Assembly: GCF_006345805.1 (NCBI RefSeq)
Contig: NW_021834221.1
Span: 8,063 to 72,062 of the forward strand
DNA length: 64,000 nt
DNA from: Octopus sinensis
Lineage: Eukaryota
Direction of reading: 5' to 3'
Made by a program: the position numbers and the translations under genes. How positions within the stretch are numbered: the first letter of the stretch is position 1; the number at the start of each line of letters is the position of its first letter. The notes beneath the pieces were generated by a model. The model was not told where the DNA came from. It saw only the letters and a list, made by a program, of their open reading frames with translations, and made no database searches. This document shows positions 1 through 12,910 of this stretch, piece by piece.

Positions 1-65
1 AGGCGGTGCTCCAGCATGGCCGCAGTCAAATGACTGAAACAAGTAAAAGAGTAAAAGAGTAAGAG
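1..65 (+). mobile_element. SINE family A, 3' tail only (cut by window edge)
   Basis: GGCGGTGCTCCAGCATGGCCGCAGTCAAATGACTGAAACAAG followed by (TAAAAGAG)n; same as the tails of full copies elsewhere in the window. Confidence 0.9.
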
Positions 66-231
66 TATACAAGCATACATACACGGGGCGCAAAAGTAGG
101 TATACAGTAAGTGTCACATGAATTTTATAATAATTGCAGCGTGGACCTGATCACTGATAAAATCCCGTGCAGCATGGAATTTTGTCACTGATCAGGTGAC
201 GGTTTCAAAGAGACGAAAATATTCTGGCAAA

Positions 232-629
232 TCTTTATATATAAAAGTGAGGTTGTGTGCTGGCTGTCTCCTACGATTTGGATTCCTAACTACTCCCACA
301 TTTTGCGGTGCAGTTTCACCAAAACCGGCTATCTTATAGTCGTGATTCATATCGAGCCCTTCTGGGTATTAGCGCGCGTCTACGATGAGTCTACGATTTT
401 TAAAAAAAAGTTACCATCAATTTTTCCCATTTTTAATGCATTTTTGGCATATATAAGGGAAGTAACTCTCTAAAAATTTATTATTAAATCTCAGAACGTG
501 AAAAGCTACAGTAACCCCCCCCCCTTTGTGGTTAGCCATATTGAGATGGCTATTATACTTTACATCTCTAAAAATGCTTATATAGTTATTTCCCTTACAA
601 ACCCGAGCAACGCCGGGCGATACTGCTAG
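232..629 (+). mobile_element. Non-autonomous Helitron, family H1
   Basis: A|TC start (TCTTTATATATAAAAG), subterminal hairpin CCCGAGCAACGCCGGG at 602-617, CTAG|T end at 626-630, no TSD. A second copy is at 17833. Confidence 0.9.
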
Positions 630-1157
630 TTAGATTTAAATGTTGAAGTGAATCTAACGGATTTTGTGTATTTCTTAAATGGCTTATAAACACCTTCCAC
701 GCTGCAATTGTTTTTTCGTTCCAGCACACGATCTCAGATCAGGTCACTTGCTAAGCAAGTACATCTCCGTAGTTATAATTAATTCATTAAAATTATTAGC
801 ACAATAAATTATAATCTTGCCTCAATATCTGTTCACCTTGATCCTTCTCATAGTCAGTATTTACCCTGCAAATTTGATCCCTCGAAAAGACATCGGAGTT
901 TAAGTTCGAATACTTTGAGCGCTAGAATACTTTGAGTGCAGAGTCATTGATCATAACAAGTACATTTTTCATAACTAAAATAATACTTTTATCTTAACCT
1001 TTAATTTGTTTGATAAAAATAAATGAGTATTGTACGTGTTTTCTTTTTCCTATAAAGTTATACCTACTTTTAATACAAATATATACAAATATATATGAAT
1101 ATATACGGCCACTATGTTTAGAAATTATATCGATCTTTTATATTCATATATGTGTGC

Positions 1158-1201
<44 letters not shown>

Positions 1202-1407
1202 AGGGGAAGCGTATCTATCTCTCTATATATGTATGTATACATGTATGCGTGTCTGTGTGTGTGTGAGTGTATACATCCATTTAACATTGCATGTGGGAGA
1301 TGTAGGACTGGAGATCCACTTCTGTATCAGCTACCGAAAGATAGATTGATTCATACATACATACATAGACAGACAGACTGAGAGAGAGACACAAGCAGAT
1401 AGACAAC

Positions 1408-1638
<231 letters not shown>

Positions 1639-1995
1639 GGTCTTCCTTTTTGAAGCCCAGTCGTTCTGCTAGAGATTATGTAACCAACTTCGTCCGACTC
1701 GGTACTTAACACTTGCTTCTATCTTCGTCCGTTGACGAATGAAATGTTGCATCGACTGTGACAGCACTGCATTCCGAAAGCCCTAAACGAACCCATATAG
1801 ACACGAGAAATAATTTGAGTTGAAGGAGTCACCTTTACTCTCCAAAGACTAGCTTGGTCTTATGTAATTATGTGTCTTGTAAAGTTTCTATTTAGTGTTG
1901 CTTTACATGTGAGACGTGAAAGTAAGCGAATAAACTAAAACTTTGTATTTCCGAAATCTTTGGATTATATAAGAAAGATAAAAGCAATATAGACA

Positions 1996-2860
1996 GATAT
2001 TCTTTTCTACTCTAGACATCTGGTGCTTAATTTATCGACCCCGAAAGTATAAAAGGCAAAGTCGACATCGGTGGAATGTGAACTCAGAACGTAAACACAG
2101 ACGAAATACTGCTAAAGTTTCTGCCAGCTAGCCGCAGGCACAAGGCACTAAATTTTGAAGGAGGGAGACAGTCGATTAGATCGTCCCCAGTGCGTAACTG
2201 GTACTTAATTTATCGATCCCGAAAGGATGAAAGGCAAAGTCAACCTCGGCGGAATTTGAACTCAGAACGTAACGGCTGACGAAATACCTGTTTCGTTATT
2301 ACCCACAAGGTGCTAAACATGGAGGGGACAAACGAGGACAGACAAACGGATTAAGTCGATTGCATCGACCCCATGCGTAAATGGTACTTACTTAATCGAC
2401 CCCGAAAGGATGAAAGGCAAAGTCGACATCGGTAGAATTTGAACTCAGTACGTAACGGCGGACGAAATACCGCTAAGCATTTTGCCTGGCGAGCTAACGT
2501 TTCTTATTTCTTTACTGACCACAAGGAGCTAAACGTAGAGGGGACAAACAAGGACAGACAAAGGGATTAAGTCGATTACATCGACCCCAGTGTACCAGTT
2601 ACTCAGAAAGTAACGGCAGACGAAATACCTATTTCTTTATTACCCACAAGGGGCTAAACACAGAGGGGACAAACAAGGACAGACATAGGTATTAAGTCGA
2701 TTACATCGACCCCAGTGCGTAACTGGTACTTAATTTATCGACCCCGAAAGGATGAAAGGCAAAGTCGACCTCGGCGGAATTTGAACTCACAACGTAACGC
2801 AGACGAAATACCGCTAAGCATTTCGCCCGGCGTGCTAACGATTCTGCCAGCTCGCCGCCT
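1996..2860 (-). mobile_element. SINE family B cluster/concatemer
   Basis: Head GGCGGCGAGCTGGCAGAATCGTTAGCACG (reverse complement) ends at about 2859. Repeated GAGTTCAAATTCCGCCGAGGTCGACTTTGCCTTTCATCCTTTCGGGGTCGATAAA modules follow. Confidence 0.9.
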
Positions 2861-2989
2861 TAAATATAGACGGATACGTTTTTTTTTTCAGTCAATGTGC
2901 GCGCATAGAGACGCACAAAGGCACACAAACAATTACACGCATACACACACACGGACAGTGTGAACTTCTCATTATCATTTCCTGAGATT

Positions 2990-3600
2990 AAGGTCACGAG
3001 CTGGCAGAATAGTTACCACGTCTAGCAAAATGTTTAGTGTTCTGAGTTCAAATTCCGCGGAGGTCGACTTTGCCTTTCATCTTTTCAGGATCGATGAAAT
3101 AAATACCAGTTAGTCACTGGGGTCGATGTAATCAATTTGTCCTCTCCCACAAAATTTCGGGCTTTGTGCCTATAGTAGAAATGTTTATGTCTTGAGAATA
3201 AGGTGGAGAACTGGCAGAACCGTTAGCACGCCGGGCGAAATGCTTAGCAGTATTACGTCTGGCGCAACGTTGTCAGTTCAAATTCCGCTGAGGTCGACTT
3301 TGCCCTTCATCCTTTCGGGGTCGATAAATAAGTACCAGTTACGCATTGGGGTCGATATAGTCGACTTAACCCGTTTGGCTGTCCTTGTTTGTCTCCTCTG
3401 TGTTTAGCCCCTTGTGGTTAGTAAAGAAATAGGTATTTCGTCTGTCTTTACGTTCTGGGTTCAAATTCCGTGAGGTTGACTTTGCCTTTCATTATTTCGC
3501 ACTGGTGTCGATATAATCGACTTAATCCGCTTATCTGTCCTTGTTTGTCCCCTCTGTGTGTAGCCCCTTGCGGGTAGTAAAGAAATAGGTATTTCGTCCG
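2990..3600 (+). mobile_element. SINE family B: one diverged monomer (to about 3182) plus a dimer with the start of a third unit
   Basis: tRNA-like head with A/B-box-like motifs (TGGCAGAA.., GAGTTCAAATTCC). The GAAATA|GGTATTTCG junction occurs twice. Confidence 0.88.
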
Positions 3601-3742
3601 TCCGAAGATGCCCAAGATGGCCAGCAATGGGACTAAAACCGACTTGGATAACAACTACCAGAACTAGGAGTAACTACACTAGACATAAACATACATAACG
3701 GTGCTACTATATGCGTCCGCGCGTGATGTTTCTTTGCTTTAT

Positions 3743-4149
3743 TTTACTCTTTACTCTTTTACTTGTTTCAGTCATTTGACTGCGGCCATGCTGGAGCACC
3801 GCCTTTAGTCGAGCAACTCGACCCCGGGACTTATTCTTTTGTAAGCCCAGTACTTATTCTATCGGTCTCTTTTGCCGAACCGCTAAGTAACGGGGACATA
3901 AACACACCAGCATCGGTTGTCAAGCAATGCTAGGGGGACATACACAGACACACACACACACACACGCATATATATAAACATATATACGACAGCTTCTTTC
4001 AGTTTCCGTCTACCAAATCCACTCACAAGACTTTGGTCGGCCCGAGGCTATAACAGAAGACACTCACCCAAGGTGCCACGCAGTGGGACTGAACCCGGAA
4101 CCATGTGGTTGGTAAACAAGCTACTTACCACACAGCCACTCCTGCGCCT
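3743..4149 (-). mobile_element. SINE family A, full length
   Basis: tRNA-like head GGCGCAGGAGTGGCTGTGTGG..GGTTCAGTCCCACTGCGTGG, CCTTGGG(C/T)(A/G)AGT CORE-like motif, internal (TA)/(TG) tract, (TAAAAGAG)n tail. Confidence 0.95.
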
Positions 4150-5711
4150 ATTTATTTTATTTTATTTTATTGTTTTTTGTATGTGCTTAATTTTTACTGC
4201 TAGTGTGCATTGAAGAATTCAAAATATAAGACGAGATAACTCTGCAAAACAAAACCAAGATATTCTTTGCCAAAACCTGGCCAAACATTGAATGACATGA
4301 GAAGCGAAAAACTCTCTTTACTTACTGTCAGATGTGAGTGACGTGATTCCAGTATCCAAAATATATTTCCTAAACAAACTTTCACCCATTCACATATACA
4401 TACGCACCTAGGCAAACAACACACACATACAAACACACACAGATAGACACACACATATACGTGGGCGCGTGTGTGTGTGTGTATAATATGTATTTATTTT
4501 TGGGAGTGCATGGTTCTTATTCATATATTCTTAATGTTCTTATCGTATTTACCGATTCTCTTGTTTTGATATGGATATCATGAATGTTTGACAGAAGAAA
4601 ATATTATGTGCAAGAAAAACAACTTTATTCACCCAAAGTAAGAATGTATACTAAAGCTTTTATAGGTGAATGTATGTATAGTAAATGTATGTATAGTAAA
4701 TGAATGTATGTATGAATGTATGTATAGTAAATGAATGTATGTATAGTAAATGAATGTATGTATGTGAATGTATGTATAGTAAATGTATACCTATATATAC
4801 ATACATATGTGTATATACACATATCTATATATATGGACATATATATACATATTTATCACTATATATATGTATAAATATATATATACATATTTATCACTAT
4901 ATATATGTATATATATATATATATATACATATGTATATACAAAAAGATACATAGACGTGTATATGTGCATGGTTATAAATGTGTGCGCATAATGAATATT
5001 TGTTATTTAATATATTATATATAGTGAGAAATTTTTTGTATTTACAAACATGAAAGTTTTCTTTATATTACAGAAATCTGTTTTATGTACTCTATGATAT
5101 TTGTCGATATATATAATACATACACACACACACACACATACATACATATATATATATATAGATATATATATATTATATATATATATATATACATACATAT
5201 ATATATATGTATATGTATGTATGTATATACAAACTTGAATTCCTATATACATACGTACATATACATATATTATATAGATAGATAGATATAGATATAGACA
5301 TAGATATAGATATACAAATACATATGTGTGAGTGTGACTGGGTGTGTGGGTGTGATTGGATGTGTGTGTGGGTGGGTGCCTCTGCGTGTGTGTGTGTGTT
5401 CAGAGCGACAGTTCTAAGCAGCGTTGTGTTCAGATATAATTTTGTTAGCAGCTCAAATATGCTTGAGGCTTACTCGAAGACGTAAAAGAGCAACTCATGG
5501 TATTTCGTTATGGACCAAAATTTCTCTCCTGAGGCAAATTGTTTTAAATACACCTGATCACATAATAGCCACCAACTTAACTATTTTGTCGGCTCGAATA
5601 CATTGCAGCAGAGGAGATATCTACTCCGAAATACATGCATCCTAATGACTCGGCATAGCTGGACCCAGACACCTATATGTATGTGTAGTCTGATCAATAA
5701 GTATCCGAACT

Positions 5712-5725
5712 GTTGCCATAGTAAC
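5712..5725 (+). promoter_or_regulatory. Candidate RFX X-box
   Basis: GTTGCCATAGTAAC matches GTNRCC-N(0-3)-RGYAAC and lies in non-repetitive sequence. Motif match only. Confidence 0.3.
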
Positions 5726-6163
5726 GAAGCCAAAGCACGCAGAGTGGAACCGCTTAAAACACATTGACATTGAGCTTTGCTATTTGTGCGCTCCAAAGTT
5801 TAACGTTGAGGCTCAATTCCGCTATTTACAGCAGTGCTTGGAAGGAAGGTGTGTAGCATGCGTCTTAGGGAGATAACATACAAATTTACATCGAATTTCG
5901 CAGTGGTTGGAGTATTCGGTGTCTTCTTTCAGCATATGACAATGGTAGTTTCCGCGCCATTAAATATAATTGTATCCTATACAGTTATATATCTCTACAT
6001 ATGTATTTCACCTAAAATACTTTTTATATGCTGGCTACTGATAAAATTCATTAATTTTAATGATTTATCCTTTAATCATGTTTATATATATATGTATATA
6101 TATATATATGCATGTATGTATGTATATATATATATATGTATGTGTATGTATATGTATATGTAT

Positions 6164-6632
6164 GATTGATTGATTGATTGATTCTAGTTTCAGCTTATGA
6201 GCTGTGGCCATGCTGGGACACCGCCATTTGGTGTTGCTATATGATTTTACTTCACGAATGCTTTTTAGCAATTGCCATTTGGTGTATGAGAGAGTTCGAT
6301 GCAGCTGCCCTCATCTGCACCTCCTGCCGTGAAGTTGGTTCATCTGGGACACCTGATAGGAAGAGATCCAGCTTCATTTTAAAGACATCTGTATCCACCC
6401 CATGCAGGTCTCTCAGGTTCTTCGGGAGGATATTGAAGAGCTGTGGGCCTCGGAAGCACAGGCTATCACAGAATCTTGTCCTACATCTTGATGGCAAATT
6501 TGGAGTCCTAGGCACCACGCAGTGGCGCCCAGTTCTGGCATTTGCGTAACTCTCGATGCCAAAGTTTAGGACACGTCCCTCCAGGATCTTCCAGATGTAT
6601 ATTATGGCATATCTTTCCCGCCTACGCTCCAT
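6164..6632 (-). mobile_element. CR1/L2-group LINE 3' fragment (ORF2 C-terminus, 3'UTR, (CAAT)n tail)
   Basis: ERRRERY..IWKIL..GPQLFNILPKNLR..FKMKLDLFLSGVPDEP is typical of CR1/L2/Crack-group ORF2 ends. It is followed by a short UTR with a stem-loop and a tetranucleotide tail. Confidence 0.88.
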
Positions 6633-6814
6633 ATGTATGTATGTATATATATATGTATATATATATAACGGGAAGGTTTACGAAAATAAACAAAAGACAA
6701 AAGGATACATGTGTGGCATTAAATGAGTGTCACGCTGGAAATGCCCGAACGACTGGAGTCAATTAAGGTGCTTTACAGCTAAGAAATACGGAGATGATTG
6801 ATATGCCTCATACG

Positions 6815-6845
<31 letters not shown>

Positions 6846-6846
<1 letters not shown>

Positions 6847-7256
6847 CTCTTTTTTACTCTTTTACTTGTTTCAGTCATTTGACTGCGGCCATGCTGGAGC
6901 ACCACCTTTAGTCGAGCAACTCGACCCGGGACTTATTCTTTGTAAGCCCAGTACTTATTCTATCGGTCTCTTTTTGCCGAACCGCTAAGTGACGGGGAAA
7001 TAAACACACCAGCATCGGTTGTCAAGCAATGCTAGGGGGACAAACACAGACACACAAACACACAGACATACATATGTATATATACATATATACGACGGGG
7101 TTCTTTCAGTTTCCGTCTACCAAATCCACTCACAAGGCATCGGTCGGCCTGAGGCTATAGCAGAAGACACTTGCCCAAGGTGCCACGCAGTGGGACTGAA
7201 CCCGGAACCATGTGGTTGGTAAACAAGCTACTTACCACACAGCCACTCCTGCGCCT
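6846..7256 (-). mobile_element. SINE family A, full length
   Basis: Same head, body and tail as the other A copies; flanked by (TA)n. Confidence 0.95.
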
Positions 7257-7597
7257 ATATATATATATGCTTGCGTATAGAATTATATATATATGTGCGC
7301 GTGTGTCTGTGTGTAGTGTGCGTTTTGGTGTGTTTGTTTGTGTGCGCATGCGTGTGTGTTTGGGTATGTATGTTTATTTGGGTATGTATATTACGTATAT
7401 CTATCTTTGTAGCTGTCTATCTGTCTGTTTATATATGTGCCTATCTATCTAGCTATAGATATACATATATGTGTATGTATATATATATATATACATGTAT
7501 ATTGAATATATGATGTATCATGTTTATACACACTCGCATACATATATATACATATACATACTCACACTCACGTAATGTATATATATATATAATGTAT

Positions 7598-7640
<43 letters not shown>

Positions 7641-8356
7641 TATATATATATATATATTATATACATGCGTGTACGTGTGTGTGTATTTATCATTTATTAT
7701 ACGTGTGTATGTGTATGGATAAGTAAGCATGTAGTTATTTATGTACCCATATAAGAAATCAAAGAAACGCCGGCAAGAAATATACTCTCTTACACAATAT
7801 ATACAGTAAACATTCAGTTTTGATAAAACCATGTATTATTACATGGCAATAACGTGACATGATGATATTAGATAACGTAACTTCTTTGAAGAATTCTTCT
7901 GTTTTTGCTCCATTAATGAAGAGCACAACCACTCGAGGCTTCGGTCTTTGACATAAACTGTGGTGCTTCCTGGTCATAATGTATACTAGTTTGGCAATCT
8001 CTATAAACCGTTCAGAATTATAAGACATTGATTGAGAAGTTTACGAAATGGTGGAAGAAAATTAAGAGGAGTGTGTAGAGGTCCCACGGCTCTCTCTGGT
8101 TGAGTAAGTTTTTGGTCGTGTTGTTGTTCTTTTATTGATGCAATAAATTTTAGTACGAAGTAACAACTTATTTCGTCTCGTTCCTTTTCACTGAACCATT
8201 CAATCAATTAATCATTCAATCAATCAATTAAACAATCAGTCAATTTATATATCTCTCTCTCGATATATATATATATATAATATCTATATATTATATATAG
8301 ATATATATATATATATATATATATGCGTGTTTGTGTTTATGTATCTCTCTCTCTCT

Positions 8357-8419
<63 letters not shown>

Positions 8420-8499
8420 TATATATAAGAGAGAGAGAGAGACAGAGAGAGACAGACACAGAAGACAGACAGACAGAAGACAGACAGACAGACAGATAG

Positions 8500-8670
<171 letters not shown>

Positions 8671-9676
8671 GATACTTTTTCGCTCATACGCATACATATG
8701 CACTCACTGATGTATATATAGAAAAGATCTGCTGTTCTTTTATGCACGTTATATTGAAAACACGACCATATTCTACACAACATTCCTTTGTTATGCTCGG
8801 CATTTCTTTGTTTTGTCTTTTTGCAGCTTGTTTAATAGTTTATCCTTTTTTACTGCCCTAAAGATCTAACTTTGAAATCTTGTAGAAACATGAATCCGTA
8901 TAAGCACAACCCGTTTAATCTAAAACGGGCAGTAGTATATTCAAATGCCTCTGCACAACCTGTAGATTAGGCTGAGAGACTCTAGAAATATTAATATGAA
9001 TGCATTGGAGAAATGTATTTTTTGAAATCTAGTTTAAGAAACCAGAACAAATCATTTAGAGTGATTTTGGGCATACTTGTATTTTCAATATAATGAATAG
9101 ATACATACACAGACACAGATGTACACACATTCTTAGAAAGGGGTACAGACAGGCAGATGGACAGACACAGTCAGTGAATGATAGAGTCAGAGAGCGTGAA
9201 AGTGTTTATAGAAAGTTTATGTATGTTTATTTGTATCTTCTCATACACGGTATATATAGTTTTGAAAGTATTTATCATTTTATGAAATCTACATGACAGC
9301 CGATTAGAACTCTAGAAGCTGAAAGCACTTTGGAGGTTTCTGTTGTGTCTTGTACAAGTATAAAGGATATAGCCAGCTCAAGACACCTTCCTTGAGATGA
9401 GCTGTTATGGTTCCTGTTCATGGATGTTATATGTTGTCAGTCAGCACAAACATTTCAAAGTTACACGAAATAGCTTGATCCCTTAAGTCATGTAAATGTT
9501 GGTTCTCGGGAAATGTCCGTTGGTAATTGACAGTTATAGGAGATGTGTGAAATGTCTTCTGACGTCACTGAATAAAAAGATGTCTGTCCATATTGGTTTC
9601 TCAAGTGGGAGAATTCATTTTCTTGTTTTCGAGCTCCTTAAATCCACGGAATTCTCTTTCGTCTCCTCTCTTGCCC

Positions 9677-9712
<36 letters not shown>

Positions 9713-9907
9713 ATGTATGCATGTCATTGCTCAGTTTCGCTTCAAGATTTCTTGGCAAAATAGAAAGAACCGGTTTCTAACCGAGATCCAAGGCTCCTTC
9801 ATTGATATTTCAACATCAATAACTGGGTATTTTTATTTGTATGTATGTATATATGTACGTATGTATGTATGTTGCTATCTAACAATCAATGTATCTCTCT
9901 TACACTG

Positions 9908-9946
<39 letters not shown>

Positions 9947-10048
9947 TATATATATATATATGTGTGTGTGTATATATGTATATGTATATATATATATATG
10001 TACATGTATATATGTGTATATGTGTATATGTGTATATATATTTATATG

Positions 10049-10079
<31 letters not shown>

Positions 10080-10946
10080 GTATATATGTATGTATGTATA
10101 CGTATACATATATTCTTGTGTACATATATATATATATAGATGGAGATATAAATTAATACATACATACGGGCAAGAATGCATGCATGCATACGTACATGCA
10201 TACATACACACTGATATACACACACATTCATGCATACATACATACACAGAGAAACAATAAACGGTAGGTCTTCTTCTGGTATCCATATATATATAAATAT
10301 ATATCCTTTAAATATGCATACACCTCAATTGTATATAATATATATTCAACTCGATTATGGAACGCCTTTTTTCATTTCCGCAGCTTTAGGTGCAAGAATT
10401 GACAATGGTGTTTGCATAAGAATATTTCTTCCAGAAAGAACTGCTACATATCCGTTATATTATTAATACCTTCATGCGTGTAAACGCTCTTAATGTGTAA
10501 GAAATTGTTCGGCACTAAAAAGTTATATAAATGCAGACGTTTCAAGCTCGACAGCTCGTCAGAGAAACACGTGTGATATGCGTAAGTTGTGCTCTGGCCA
10601 AAAATACAGGAAACTGGTTGTCGTTGAAGAAATTATAGATGTTGACGACTGAAGTTCGTCTGTTTGGTAGTGAAACACACAAAGTATGTGGTGGTATGTA
10701 AATAAATAAATATACTTCCGTAAATATAAGTAGAGAGTTATGAATTTTTTATTTTCGTTTATCTTAACTCGACAATATTTGCTTATTTGTTGGGCACTAT
10801 TTAAATTTTCAAAATATAGATTCATATTTTTTTCTTTCCTCTCATCTGTCTCAGTCTCTGTCTGTCAGTCTTTCTTACGGATTGTATATCCGCTCGTTTG
10901 TGTGTTTGTCTGTATGTCCGTCTGTCTGTCTGTCTGTCTATGTATA

Positions 10947-11351
10947 CTCTTTTTACTCTTCTACTTGTTTCAGTCATTTGACTGCGGCCATGCTGGAGCA
11001 CCGCCTTTAGTCGAGCAAATCGACCCCGGGACTTATTCTTTGTAAGCCCAGTACTTATTCTATCAGTCTCTTTTACCGAACCGCTAGGTGACGGGGACGT
11101 AAACACACCAGCATCGGTTGTCAAGCAATGCTAGGGGGACAAACACAGACACAAACCACAAACATACATATATATATATATACATATACGAAGGCTTCTT
11201 TCAGTTTCCGTCTACCAAATCCACTCACAAGGCATTGGTCGGCCCGGGGCTATAGCAGAAGACACTTGCCCAAGATGCCACGCAGTGGGACTGAACCCGG
11301 AACCATGTGGTTGGTTAGCAAGCTACTTACCACACAGCCACTCCTGCGCCT
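10947..11351 (-). mobile_element. SINE family A, full length
   Basis: Same consensus as the other A copies. Confidence 0.95.
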
Positions 11352-11646
11352 GTATGTTTCTATTCATTGTAAATGCGACGCTCATATTTGTTTGGCTGAT
11401 TCTTACCGAATTCAAGTAACAAACTCAACTTTCGTCAAGTGTACATACATGGCTCTGAGCCCGAAAGATTTAAGCGTACATGTGTTCATCCATTGTACAT
11501 AAACATTTGCGTATGTCTGTGAGTATGTGTGTGTGTAAATTTGTGTGTATGTGTGTCTGTACGTGTGTGTGTGTGGCCGTTGTTGCGTATCAATGTGCAT
11601 ATTTGTGAATTGTATGGTTCTTGATCCATATATGTATATATATTAT

Positions 11647-12450
11647 ATAGTGTGGTGAATAAACACATGTCTAGATTACGCAAAAAAATGAAAATAACAC
11701 CGATATCTCATTTTAACAGATATATATACCAAAATTACATAAGAATATCTTGAAATACTAAATAGTAAATTTATTCAATAAAATCGTCATTTGCTTCAAC
11801 CACGGCCTCCAGACGACTTCAGAATCTCCTACAACTCTCTTGGACAGTCTCTTTATTTGGTCAATGCTGCCATAGTCCTTGCACTAAGTTCATTTTTGGT
11901 GTTACAAGGAGTTTTGTTGGTCTCTCGCTCAACTGTGCCCCACACATAATAACCAAGGGGGTTGCGGTCTAAGGAGTTAGGTGGTCAGATGCTAAGGGTG
12001 ATGTGGTTGCAGAAAGTGTCTGACAGCCATGATTGGATTATTCTGCTTGTGTGGCATGGAGCATAGTCCAGCTTGTGAAGCATGGTGAAGACACAGGTTC
12101 TTCCAGCAGCCACCCTCTTGACCCAGGACAGCACCCCTTCTCCAGTCACATGATGTAGGCCTTCGTGTTGTGTCTGAAGCCGAGTGGGAAGATGAATGGA
12201 GGCATAATGTTCACTCCAAATACCATGAGATGTTGGCTGGATGTTTGATTTTTATCACTCTCAGTACATGTTCTCAGATTGCACTATCCTCAGATTAACA
12301 CCCAGACACTCTGAAATGTTCGTAGTGGTGCTTCCGGTGCAAATGCCAAGCAGTACAGTATGTCATTTCCAAATTTCTGGCAGAGTGAATTGCATCATTG
12401 TGTTTTTGTATTTCTCACAGACGGTGCCCAACTGACCCTAGTATACTGTG
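11647..12450 (-). mobile_element. Decayed, internally deleted Tc1/mariner transposon (maT/DD37D-like)
   Basis: Manual translation gives MMQFTLPEIWK.., IKHPAN..MVFGV..IMPPFIFP.G.RHNTKAYI, D.APCHTSR..QSWLSD.FC.HIT, and *PPNS.D.NPL.YYVWGTVERETNKTPCNT. Stops and frameshifts are present. Confidence 0.8.
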
Positions 12451-12619
12451 TAGTCGATAAAATCAAAAACAAAGAAAGCGCCTGCATGAAATTAAAAGTA
12501 TAAAACGGCGTCAATTTATCAATCGCAATCTGTATGTATATATATATATTTTTTTCTTGTTTCTTGTTGATGCGCCGCCGTTTTGTGCTACACTGTTATT
12601 ACGAAGAACATCCTCTAAT

Positions 12620-12910
12620 ATGTGGCACTTGGTGAAGAATGGAGTCTGATATAGCTACTCTCATTTGTACCTCTTGCCGTGAGGTAGGTTCATCTGGGAC
12701 TCTCGACAGGAAGAAGTCCAGCTTTGATTTAAAAACCCCTACATCTACTTTGTGCAAGTTCCTCAGACTCTTTAAAAGGCTGTGAGCCCTTGAAACCCAG
12801 GCTGTTGCAGAAGCTGGTCCTGAAGCGTGATGGCATTGCTAGGAATTTGGCACTATGCAGTGTCGTCCCGTTCTAGCATTGGTGTAGCTTACAATGCCAA
12901 AATTTGGCAC
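12620..12910 (-). mobile_element. Older, diverged copy of the CR1/L2-group LINE C-terminal fragment
   Basis: Colinear with 6290-6570 (..GGTTCATCTGGGAC..GGAAG..TCCAGCTT..). Confidence 0.8.

Noticed and set aside
3917-4213. Recurrent ORFs 'MSSNARGT..', 'MPKVPRSGTEPGTMWLV..', 'MLGGQTQT..'
   Set aside because: Chance frames through SINE A copies; they recur only because the SINE does.
7759-8028. Minus-strand ORF with RVVVLFINGAKTEEFFKEV, vaguely like a receptor ligand-binding segment
   Set aside because: The resemblance is too short and there are no convincing splice sites. A tBLASTn search would be needed.
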